From Candidatus Heimdallarchaeota archaeon (GTDB lineage Archaea > Asgardarchaeota > Heimdallarchaeia > JABLTI01): a DNA stretch of 20,000 bases. Below the pieces are notes generated by a model. It did no database searches, was not told the DNA's origin, and saw only the letters and a program-made list of their open reading frames with translations. The stretch covers positions 205,765 to 225,764 of the forward strand of contig JABCTZ010000003.1 in the NCBI GenBank assembly GCA_018238155.1. Direction: 5' to 3'. How positions within the stretch are numbered: the stretch's first letter is position 1; each line of letters starts with the position of its first letter. Made by a program: the position numbers and the translations under genes. Of the stretch, positions 1 through 6,584 are shown one piece after another.

Positions 1-1
1 G

Positions 2-163
2 GAAAGAAAAATTAATGAAATAAAAACCAAATATCCTGAACCTTCTGACAAACCGAAAAGAACTCAAACTCCTAGAACGAGATCACATTCAAATCAGAAA
101 TCAAGGCAGCCAAAAACATCTAGTAAATACAAAGGTGGAGAGCGTTCCCAAAGAAGACGATAA
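2..163 (+). CDS. Partial C-terminal tail of Nop5/Nop56-like C/D-box RNP protein (N-terminus outside window)
   Basis: Open frame from the window edge translates ERKINEIKTKYPEPSDKPKRTQTPRTRSHSNQKSRQPKTSSKYKGGERSQRRR*. The EIKxKYPxP motif and basic tail are typical of Nop5 C-termini, and it lies immediately upstream of fibrillarin as in many archaea. Confidence 0.6.
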   Translation, partial: ERKINEIKTKYPEPSDKPKRTQTPRTRSHSNQKSRQPKTSSKYKGGERSQRRR

Positions 164-168
164 GGAAT

Positions 169-867
169 TTGAAGGTGAAATACATGGAAATTAAAAAATA
201 CAAATCATTTAAGGAAATTTATAATGTGTTCTTTCGGGATGGATCCAGACGTCTTGCTACCAAAAATCTAAATCCAGGCTATAAAGTCTATGGAGAAGAT
301 TTGATTCTGGAAGGTAAAGATGAGTATCGTTTGTGGGATCCAACAAGATCAAAATTAGCTGCAGCGCTTGTGAAAGGATTAAAGCATTGCCCCATTGTTC
401 CTGGATCTAAGGTTCTCTATTTAGGTGCTGCATCAGGTACCACTCCTAGTCATGTATCTGACATTCTTGGTAAACAAGGATTCGAGTATTGTGTGGAATT
501 TGCTCCAAGATCAATACGCGATCTAGTTTTTCTATGTGAGAAGAGAGAGAATATGCTTCCCATTCTTGATGATGCTCGTATCCCGAGAAATTATGAAAAT
601 GTTGTTGATCAAGTTGACGTCGTCTATTGTGATGTTGCTCAACCAGATCAAGGGAAGATTATCACAGAGAATGCAAAGCTGTTCCTCAAGAAAGGAGGTT
701 ATCTAATGCTTGCTGTTAAGGCAAGAAGCATTAGTCCGACAAAGAATCCTTCTGTTGTGTACAAACAACAAATGAATATCATTGAAGCTGAAGGCTTTCA
801 GAACATTGAAGCAGTAGATTTACACCCACTCGAAAAAGACCACGCAATGATTCTTGCTAAATATTAG
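169..867 (+). CDS. flpA: Fibrillarin-like rRNA/tRNA 2'-O-methyltransferase
   Basis: 232 aa, TTG start; NPGYKVYGEDL, YRLWDPTRSKLAAAL, VLYLGAASGTTPSHVSDI, YCVEFAPRS and YCDVAQPDQ motifs of archaeal fibrillarin. Confidence 0.95.
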   Translation: MKVKYMEIKKYKSFKEIYNVFFRDGSRRLATKNLNPGYKVYGEDLILEGKDEYRLWDPTRSKLAAALVKGLKHCPIVPGSKVLYLGAASGTTPSHVSDILGKQGFEYCVEFAPRSIRDLVFLCEKRENMLPILDDARIPRNYENVVDQVDVVYCDVAQPDQGKIITENAKLFLKKGGYLMLAVKARSISPTKNPSVVYKQQMNIIEAEGFQNIEAVDLHPLEKDHAMILAKY

Positions 868-979
868 TAAAATTTGGAAGAACCACAAACAAAGAACTAA
901 TAAATAAAAAAATGCTCTATAATACTAATCGAAAGAATCACTCATCAAACTCACTTTCATATTAAGGAGTACGAGAAAT

Positions 980-1843
980 TTGGCAAACTCACTGAAGCTT
1001 CTAAGAAAATTAATCAAGGATAAAAAAGCAGTATCTGAGACCCTCGCTGCAATTATGATGATTTTTATGTTTATAACAGCTATTGGTGTTGTTTGGGGAT
1101 ATTTGTATCCGACCTATAAACAATTTCAAACTGATAACTCAATAAATAGTGTTGTCTCGTATATGCTAAGTGTTGATAATAAAATTTATGACTTACTGAG
1201 TGATGGACCTGGTTCAACAACGGCAGTTAATGTTGATAGTTTCTTTGGATATTATCAATATGAAACAGGAAAAAATGTTTCTTTACAATTTGCTGATGAA
1301 GGCAGTACATTTAGCAATTCTTACAGTTATGGTAATATGGGTTCATTTGCTTATTGGTTGATTGGTAGGCAAGGCAGTGCTATAAATGTTGATAGCCACA
1401 AATACTTGAAGGGTCCTGCCACTCAAAACAATTTCTTTGTAAACAATTCTGATTCATCATCGTATCAAGGCTTAACCAATCTTACATTAGTTAGACCTGA
1501 AACAGACATAATGAATATAGAATTGAATTATAGAGTCAGTTTGTATTATTGGTATGATCAAACAAATGATGTTCTGTCAATAACAATTAGCTTGTTGATA
1601 ATAGATATAATTGGACCAAAACTCATGCTTAGTTCCTTTAATACCCTGAATATAGGGTATAATGAATCAGAGACATTATTTACCGATTCAGCAACTATTA
1701 CCACTGATTTCTATGTTGATGGGTCAATAGCATCTGGATTCTCACCCTTTGAACGCGTCTTGGATTTTGCTAAACCACCTGCTGTAGGTAGTTATGATGT
1801 GACAATAGAAATAGTAGCATCATATTTATTATTTTATATTTAA
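980..1843 (+). CDS. Archaeal type IV pilin/archaellin N-terminal domain protein
   Basis: 287 aa, TTG start preceded by AAGGAG; N-terminus KDKKAVSETLAAIMMIFMFITAIGVVWGYLYPTY is the class III signal-like hydrophobic segment, followed by a beta-rich extracellular region. Confidence 0.7.
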   Translation: MANSLKLLRKLIKDKKAVSETLAAIMMIFMFITAIGVVWGYLYPTYKQFQTDNSINSVVSYMLSVDNKIYDLLSDGPGSTTAVNVDSFFGYYQYETGKNVSLQFADEGSTFSNSYSYGNMGSFAYWLIGRQGSAINVDSHKYLKGPATQNNFFVNNSDSSSYQGLTNLTLVRPETDIMNIELNYRVSLYYWYDQTNDVLSITISLLIIDIIGPKLMLSSFNTLNIGYNESETLFTDSATITTDFYVDGSIASGFSPFERVLDFAKPPAVGSYDVTIEIVASYLLFYI

Positions 1844-1973
1844 TTAAACAGAGACCGAAGATTTTATAACTGAAAGTTTCTGTGAAAGCTTTACCTTTAT
1901 TATGCTAACTTTTAAATACGGATTTTGTTCCGAACAGCATACAGTTAGTGAATTTAGCTGGAGATTGTAGCAA

Positions 1974-2282
1974 ATGGTAAAAATTCCTGCAAAAATGCGT
2001 ACCCATTGTCCAAAATGTGGAAAACACACTACTATGACCGTCAGACAAGAAAAAGGTGGAAGACGTGGTAGTGGAATGGTAGCGGGTACTAGACGTGCCG
2101 TTAGAAATAAAAAAGGATCAGGCAACAAAGGAAAGTACTCAAAGAAAGCTATCAGCCAATCTAAAATGGCTTCAAAGACATCACAAAAAGTTGATTTGCG
2201 TTTAACATGTGATGTATGCAAAGCTACTTGGGTTAGAAATTATCCAAGATCTCGTGGTGTAGAGATAGTTAAATCAGCATAA
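1974..2282 (+). CDS. rpl44e: 50S ribosomal protein L44e (eL42)
   Basis: 102 aa; MRTHCPKCGKHTTMTV...CDVCKATWVRNYPRSRGVEI, four-Cys zinc ribbon and basic body typical of eL42. Confidence 0.93.
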   Translation: MVKIPAKMRTHCPKCGKHTTMTVRQEKGGRRGSGMVAGTRRAVRNKKGSGNKGKYSKKAISQSKMASKTSQKVDLRLTCDVCKATWVRNYPRSRGVEIVKSA

Positions 2283-2432
2283 TTGCTGCAATTGTTGGGA
2301 TGCAATTTTTTTCTAAAATCCCAAATTCTTTCTTCTTTTATTAATTTTTCATCCTTTCTTAACAAAGAAAACTTAGTCATTTTATTTAGGTTAGGCTATA
2401 GATTACTATATACAGAAAGAGTTGTATGTAAA

Positions 2433-3221
2433 ATGACTTCAAAATACCCAGATACATTTGTCAAAATAATTAAGGAACATAAATTAAAAGGTGGAGTATT
2501 ATTACAATGTTTTCCCGGGCAAGGGTTAGTAGGACGTATGGCAGGAATGCATTTAATTGATTATTTCGATGTAAAAGAATCAGCAAAAATATTTTCAAGT
2601 TATTTTCCACATCTAGTAATCTTCCAAGGAAATTTAGGTAAATTGATTCATGCAGAACTTTATGCAATAGAAGATTCCAATCCACCAATTCTTGTACTCA
2701 CGGGAGAAAGCCAACCACAAGAAGGACCTGATGGAATGTTTAGAGTAATAAATGCAACATTAGATTTAGCTCAAGACTGGGGGATCGAAACGGTAATTGC
2801 CATAGGTGGTTTTAGACCTGCTGATGTAAAAACAACTCCAGATACAACAGCCTTTGCTTTCACTGAGGACGACGCTCAAAGTATTAAGGATTGGGGTATC
2901 AAATTATTCACTGAAGGAAGAGTAAGTGGTGCAGTTGGTGTTCTAACCGCTCTTGCTGCAGAACGAGGGATGAAATCATTTGGATTAATGGGTAAAGTAA
3001 ATCTAAGTGATAATAATTCAATGTCTTTTGGAGTGGATCCAAATGCAGCAAAAAATGTTTTAAAAGCTATTATGAAAATGACTGGAATCAAATTAGACCT
3101 TTCTAAAATGGATAAAATGATAAAGGAAATAGAGCAAACTGAAGCTAGTGCAATGAAAGTGATGGATGATATGCGTAAAACAGGTCCTGGTAAGAAAGAT
3201 GCAAAATCCTTTATGATTTAA
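2433..3221 (+). CDS. PAC2 family protein (proteasome assembly chaperone-like / ATP-grasp-like COG2047 type)
   Basis: The ORF track begins at 2283, but the likely start is ATG 2433 (MTSKYPDTFVKII...). LLQCFPGQGLVGRMAGMHLIDYF, ILVLTGESQP, GIETVIAIGGFRP and VSGAVGVLTALAAERGMKSFGLMG are PAC2 motifs. The preceding 50 codons look like translated intergenic sequence. Confidence 0.85.
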   Translation: MTSKYPDTFVKIIKEHKLKGGVLLQCFPGQGLVGRMAGMHLIDYFDVKESAKIFSSYFPHLVIFQGNLGKLIHAELYAIEDSNPPILVLTGESQPQEGPDGMFRVINATLDLAQDWGIETVIAIGGFRPADVKTTPDTTAFAFTEDDAQSIKDWGIKLFTEGRVSGAVGVLTALAAERGMKSFGLMGKVNLSDNNSMSFGVDPNAAKNVLKAIMKMTGIKLDLSKMDKMIKEIEQTEASAMKVMDDMRKTGPGKKDAKSFMI

Positions 3222-3236
3222 GCAGATAGAAAAAAC

Positions 3237-3268
3237 GTGGGAGAAATTTCCCACCTCAACTATTTTTT
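3237..3268. terminator. Hairpin plus T-run between convergent genes
   Basis: GTGGGA(3237-3242)-gaaatt-TCCCAC(3249-3254), followed by TTTTTT at 3263-3268 on the + strand; the A-run at 3231-3235 gives a T-run on the - strand. It lies between convergent stops at 3221 and 3270. Confidence 0.55.
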
Positions 3269-3269
3269 A

Positions 3270-4106
3270 CTACATTTCTTTCAAAATATTTTCAACGATA
3301 TTTTGAAAAGCTTCTTTTGTTTCAGATTCTACAGAAACAATTGGTTTACCTGCATCCGCAAGTGGAACTATTTCAGGATTTAGAGGAATGGCTCCTAAGA
3401 AGGGGATATTGAGTTCCTTTGCAGCATTTCTTCCGCCATCTATACCAAATATGTTAATGACTTTACTGCAATGTGGGCACTTAAAACCACTCATATTCTC
3501 AACTATGCCAATTACTTTCAATCCCACCTTCTTTACGAAGTTAATTGATTTTCTAACATCTAACAAAGCTACTTCTTGTGGAGTAGTGACAATTATAACT
3601 CCATCTGCCTCTGGTATCATTTGTGCGATACTTAATGGTTCATCGCTGGTTCCAGGTGGAAGATCTATGATTAAAAAGTCTAATTCACCCCACTTGACAT
3701 CTCCAAGAAATTGGTTGATTGCGCCCATTTTAAGAGGACCACGCCAAATAATAGCGTCTGTGTTGTCTTCTAAAAGAAATTCCATAGAAATTACTTTGAC
3801 TCCTTGTGCAGATTCAACAGGAATGATTTTTTTCAATTCATCATTATAGTCTGGTCTTTGTCCTTCTAATCCAACCATTTTTGGAACATTTGGACCGGTG
3901 ATATCTGCATCGAGAATACCAACTTTATGACCTTTTTGAGATAATGATGTAGCTAGATTCACCGCTACCGTCGTTTTACCTACTCCACCTTTTCCACTCG
4001 CTACGATTAAAACATGTTTAATGTCTTTCAAAGTAGCAGATACTTTGGCTTTCTTTGGGTCAATAGCTAGACCTGAAAGTTTTGGTTTTTCATCTTTTTT
4101 TGACAT
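3270..4106 (-). CDS. mrp: Mrp/NBP35-family Fe-S carrier P-loop ATPase
   Basis: 278 aa; deviant Walker [40 protein letters not shown], and CPHC motif near C-terminus ([14 protein letters not shown]). Confidence 0.93.
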   Translation of the reverse strand: MSKKDEKPKLSGLAIDPKKAKVSATLKDIKHVLIVASGKGGVGKTTVAVNLATSLSQKGHKVGILDADITGPNVPKMVGLEGQRPDYNDELKKIIPVESAQGVKVISMEFLLEDNTDAIIWRGPLKMGAINQFLGDVKWGELDFLIIDLPPGTSDEPLSIAQMIPEADGVIIVTTPQEVALLDVRKSINFVKKVGLKVIGIVENMSGFKCPHCSKVINIFGIDGGRNAAKELNIPFLGAIPLNPEIVPLADAGKPIVSVESETKEAFQNIVENILKEM

Positions 4107-4245
4107 ATTTTAACTATCCTTTAGTCTTCAAACAAAAAGTTAACTGTTTATCCTTTTAAATTAAATCATTGATAATGAAAGAAAAATAAAAGACTGAACC
4201 AAAGAAATTGTTGGTCAGCCATACTTTATAATAATAAATGAGCTT

Positions 4246-4575
4246 TTAACACCAAGTGATAACTTTCTCGTACTTGTCCATAATGATGGAAATAGATTCA
4301 TCATAATCTACTTGTTTTATGTCTGGATGAACTTTGTCTCCAGTAATCCCACGAGCTTCTAAATCTTCTTTTATTGCATATACTTCAATACCGTGAGCTG
4401 CAGCATCAGCAATGATATTCTTTCCACCTTTCCAAGCAGCTAAAGTGCTATCTTGTATTAAGAGGACGCCAACATCATGACCGTTATCCATTTGGCTTTT
4501 CGTAATATCAAGTAAAGTTCCTTGTGCAGCACAAGTATAGATACTTTTTGATGTGATATAGAGTACTTTTACCAT
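4246..4575 (-). CDS. DsrH/TusB-like sulfur relay protein
   Basis: 109 aa, DsrE-like fold pattern (VLYITSKSIYTCAAQGTLLDITKSQMDNGHDVGVLLIQDST); adjacent to DsrF- and DsrE-like genes in the same direction; ends in a terminal Cys (VITWC). Confidence 0.6.
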   Translation of the reverse strand: MVKVLYITSKSIYTCAAQGTLLDITKSQMDNGHDVGVLLIQDSTLAAWKGGKNIIADAAAHGIEVYAIKEDLEARGITGDKVHPDIKQVDYDESISIIMDKYEKVITWC

Positions 4576-4588
4576 TTATTTTATCCTC

Positions 4589-4948
4589 CTATAATGCAAT
4601 AGTTGCACATGCATCTAAGAGTAATTCACTTAGATCTGCAACAGAAATAACTTTTACTTCAAGCTTTGGGTCCAAATCTTTAATTTGGATTCCTCTCTGC
4701 TCGAGAGATTTATCTAGAGCATAAATTGGCACTTCATATCTGTGAAGAGCTTCAAGAGCGCCCATTACTGAATGATGCCCAATTCCATCGGGGTTCTGAT
4801 CTTTTATGAGATTAAAAACTCCATCATCAATGAATATAGCATCATTTTCCACATCTAAAACAAGTAATCCTTGGCCAACACGAACGCCTTCGAGGCTGTT
4901 GATTATTCCATAAGGACCCTTTCGAAAAAGAACAATTACACGATCCAT
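4589..4948 (-). CDS. DsrF/TusC-like sulfur relay protein
   Basis: 119 aa; VIVLFRKGPYGIINSLEGVRVGQGLLVLDVENDAIFIDDGVFNLIKDQNP, DsrF/TusC-type pattern. Confidence 0.75.
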   Translation of the reverse strand: MDRVIVLFRKGPYGIINSLEGVRVGQGLLVLDVENDAIFIDDGVFNLIKDQNPDGIGHHSVMGALEALHRYEVPIYALDKSLEQRGIQIKDLDPKLEVKVISVADLSELLLDACATIAL

Positions 4949-4961
4949 TCTTCATTCACCT

Positions 4962-5336
4962 CTAAGCTGAAAAGATGAGGATTCTATCCGAATCTTCAAC
5001 ATACTCACTAAGAGCACCAAGACCATCGAAGCTACTTCCTTCGATAATCTTATCTTGACCCATTGTTCCACGATATTCAGCACAAATTGGACAAGCAACC
5101 ACAGGAATACCTGCTTCAACAAGTTCCTTAAATAATTCAGAAATATTTCTATCTCGATCATCAGATGGCTTAATATCTTTGACAACGTTGAAAACACCAT
5201 CTGTGTATAGATATATTCCTGTAACCTCATGACCTGCTTTTATTGCTGCTTTTGCAAGATGTATAACTGTATCTGAATTTTGAAAAGTATAAGGCGAGGT
5301 CATAACGAGAAATGCAATTCTACCCAAAAGTATCAC
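4962..5336 (-). CDS. DsrE/TusD-like sulfur relay protein
   Basis: 124 aa; AFLVMTSPYTFQNSDTVIHLAKAAIKAGHEVTGIYLYTDGVFNV and VPVVACPICAEYRG with the conserved sulfur-acceptor Cys region. Confidence 0.8.
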   Translation of the reverse strand: MILLGRIAFLVMTSPYTFQNSDTVIHLAKAAIKAGHEVTGIYLYTDGVFNVVKDIKPSDDRDRNISELFKELVEAGIPVVACPICAEYRGTMGQDKIIEGSSFDGLGALSEYVEDSDRILIFSA

Positions 5337-5498
5337 CTAACATATCTAATTCTAGTAAATTAATAAATTTGTTAAGAATAATGGTTTAAAAAGTATACGC
5401 ACGGGACGGCTCTTCTACTTAAGAAAATATACCCCCAACTTTATTTAAATTCTCGTTATTTCAAACTTAGATAATAATTGACTGTTTTTGTGATAAAA

Positions 5499-5921
5499 AT
5501 GTCTGACAGTAAAAAAAGTATGTCCATTATAGTCCATTCTGGTACTCTGGACAAAGCTTATCCTCCCTTGATGCTTGCTGTAGCTGCAGCTGCATCTGAT
5601 ATGCATGTTGATTTATTCTTTACTTTCTGGGGTTTACCTCTAATCAAGAAAAACGGTTTGAAAAAAGCCAAACTCCCAGGACTGATGCGTTTCGGAACCT
5701 TTATGATGAGACGCCGAATAAAGAAAGTAGGTATCGCAAAATTGCAAGAGTTACTTGAAGCTGCTGTTGAAACAGGCAATTTGAATATTTATGCTTGTAC
5801 TGCTACAATGGACTTGATGATGATCAAAAAAGAACAATTAATTCCTGAAGTAGATGGGTTCATAGGTGCCGCAGGTTTCATGGACATAGCTGTTGATGCT
5901 GATATTCATTTGTTCATATAA
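5499..5921 (+). CDS. DsrE/DsrF/DrsH-like family protein (DsrE2-like peroxiredoxin family type)
   Basis: MSDSKKSMSIIVHSGTLDKAYPPLMLAVAAAASDMHVDLFFTFWGLPLI...LPGLMRFGTFMMRRR...LQELLEAAVETGNLNIYACTATMDLMMI; track start 5478 is TTG, ATG 5499 is more likely. Confidence 0.85.
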   Translation: MSDSKKSMSIIVHSGTLDKAYPPLMLAVAAAASDMHVDLFFTFWGLPLIKKNGLKKAKLPGLMRFGTFMMRRRIKKVGIAKLQELLEAAVETGNLNIYACTATMDLMMIKKEQLIPEVDGFIGAAGFMDIAVDADIHLFI

Positions 5922-5937
5922 ATAAAGGAGAAATTAA

Positions 5938-6180
5938 ATGACTGATATTCCAACTTCTGATAAACTTTTAGATGCACGTGGATTACAATGTCCAATGCCT
6001 ATTTTGAAAGCAAAGAAAGAAATAGTAAAACTTGAAATAGGACAAATACTCGAGATATATTCAAATGATGAGGGATCAAAAGAAGATTTCCCACGATGGG
6101 CAAGAAGAACAGGTCATGAAATGCTTGGTATTTTCGATGAAGCCGATTATGCTCGGTATTTTGTAAAACGTCTGGTCTAA
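5938..6180 (+). CDS. tusA: TusA/SirA family sulfur carrier protein
   Basis: 80 aa; LLDARGLQCPMPILKAKKEIVKLEIGQILEIYSNDEGSKEDFPRWARRTGHEML with the CPxP catalytic motif. Confidence 0.92.
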   Translation: MTDIPTSDKLLDARGLQCPMPILKAKKEIVKLEIGQILEIYSNDEGSKEDFPRWARRTGHEMLGIFDEADYARYFVKRLV

Positions 6181-6294
6181 TCCAAGACCTTCCGTTATTT
6201 TTTTAAGTAAGTTTTTTTTAGTTTCAGATATTCTAAAAATAACAGTTTTTAGATTAATGGAATCAATCGTTTGTATTCCGTAAAAACGGCAAAC

Positions 6295-6302
6295 TTTAAA
6301 AA
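6295..6302 (+). promoter_or_regulatory. Putative TATA/box A of the permuted 5S rRNA gene
   Basis: TTTAAAAA at 6295-6302; expected start 24-27 nt downstream (about 6325) coincides with the first base of the flanking stem at 6327. Confidence 0.5.
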
Positions 6303-6326
6303 CCAAAAGGCAAAACGATTGAATCA

Positions 6327-6483
6327 CGCAAAAACTCATCACCGGAAGTTAAGCCTTCATACGTAGTGATAATTACTGATCTGAGAGATCGTTCGGGAAC
6401 ATCATTAAGCTGCGTTGCGACGCGGTCAAAGCTGGAGGGCAACACCCGGACCCGTCCGATCCCGGAAATGGTGAGTTTTGGCG
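6327..6483 (+). rRNA. Circularly permuted 5S rRNA gene (including flanking closing stem; 5S-like core about 6342-6468)
   Basis: 3' domain first: CCGGAAGTTAAGCCTTCATACGTAGTGATAATTACTGATCTGAGAGATCGTTCGGGAACATCATTAAGCTGCGT (6342-6415). TGCG tetraloop at 6416-6419. Then 5' domain: ACGCGGTCAAAGCTGGAGGGCAACACCCGGACCCGTCCGATCCCGG (6420-6465). Helix I: 6410-6415 with 6420-6425. Helix II: 6433-6438 with 6354-6359. Helix III CCGG (6446-6449) with CCGG (6462-6465). Helix V/IV base: 6364-6370 with 6401-6407. Apical hairpin GATCT-GAG-AGATC at 6378-6390. Conserved archaeal TACTG...CGGGAA loop E-type sequences are present. Confidence 0.88.
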
Positions 6484-6503
6484 ACTAATTGTACCAGAAA
6501 CGA

Positions 6504-6515
6504 TTCTTTCTTATT
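6504..6515 (+). terminator. T-rich tract downstream of the permuted 5S
   Basis: TTCTTTCTTATT pyrimidine/T-rich stretch about 20 nt after the flanking stem; archaeal T-tract termination is plausible. Confidence 0.35.
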
Positions 6516-6584
6516 ATAATTACCTCAAAATCATTTGAATTATAGTTAATTTTTTTTAAATAAAAGAAATAATAAAAGATTAGC

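Noticed and set aside
1844-2221. 125-aa minus-strand ORF
   Set aside because: Antisense shadow of the eL42 gene; no protein-like motif.
2283-2432. N-terminal 50 codons of the PAC2 ORF as given in the track
   Set aside because: Low-complexity and intergenic-like, contains T-rich tracts; PAC2 homology starts after ATG 2433.
3388-3849. 153-aa plus-strand ORF
   Set aside because: Antisense shadow of the mrp gene, which has clear conserved motifs in the opposite strand.
4952-5230. 92-aa plus ORF and other short overlapping ORFs (2470, 2876, 5558, 7282, 8671, 8842, 9229, 9353, 9499, 10647, 13942, 15086, 15591, 16872, 17274, 19605)
   Set aside because: All lie mainly opposite or out of frame with well-supported genes and show no family motifs.
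6076-6342. 88-aa minus-strand ORF
   Set aside because: Overlaps tusA antisense, the 5S promoter and the start of the 5S-like RNA; low-complexity peptide with no recognizable motif.
6346-6465. A conventional 5S rRNA gene
   Set aside because: No GGTCA...GGGCAACACCCGG block lies upstream of the CCGGAAGTTAAG block, and no second TACTG...GGGAAC block lies downstream of the ...CCCGG block. The order is genuinely swapped in the given sequence.
6327-6483. Interpretation as a permuted or intron-containing gene with a strict 3-4-3 bulge-helix-bulge splice site
   Set aside because: Tested several registers around AAAACTCATCACCGGAAG / GATCCCGGAAATGGTGAGTTTT. Either the flanking helix is continuous with only one 3-nt bulge (AAA), or the 3-nt bulges appear but the exon-side helix fails or the product is non-consensus. 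Kept only as an open possibility for a relaxed motif.
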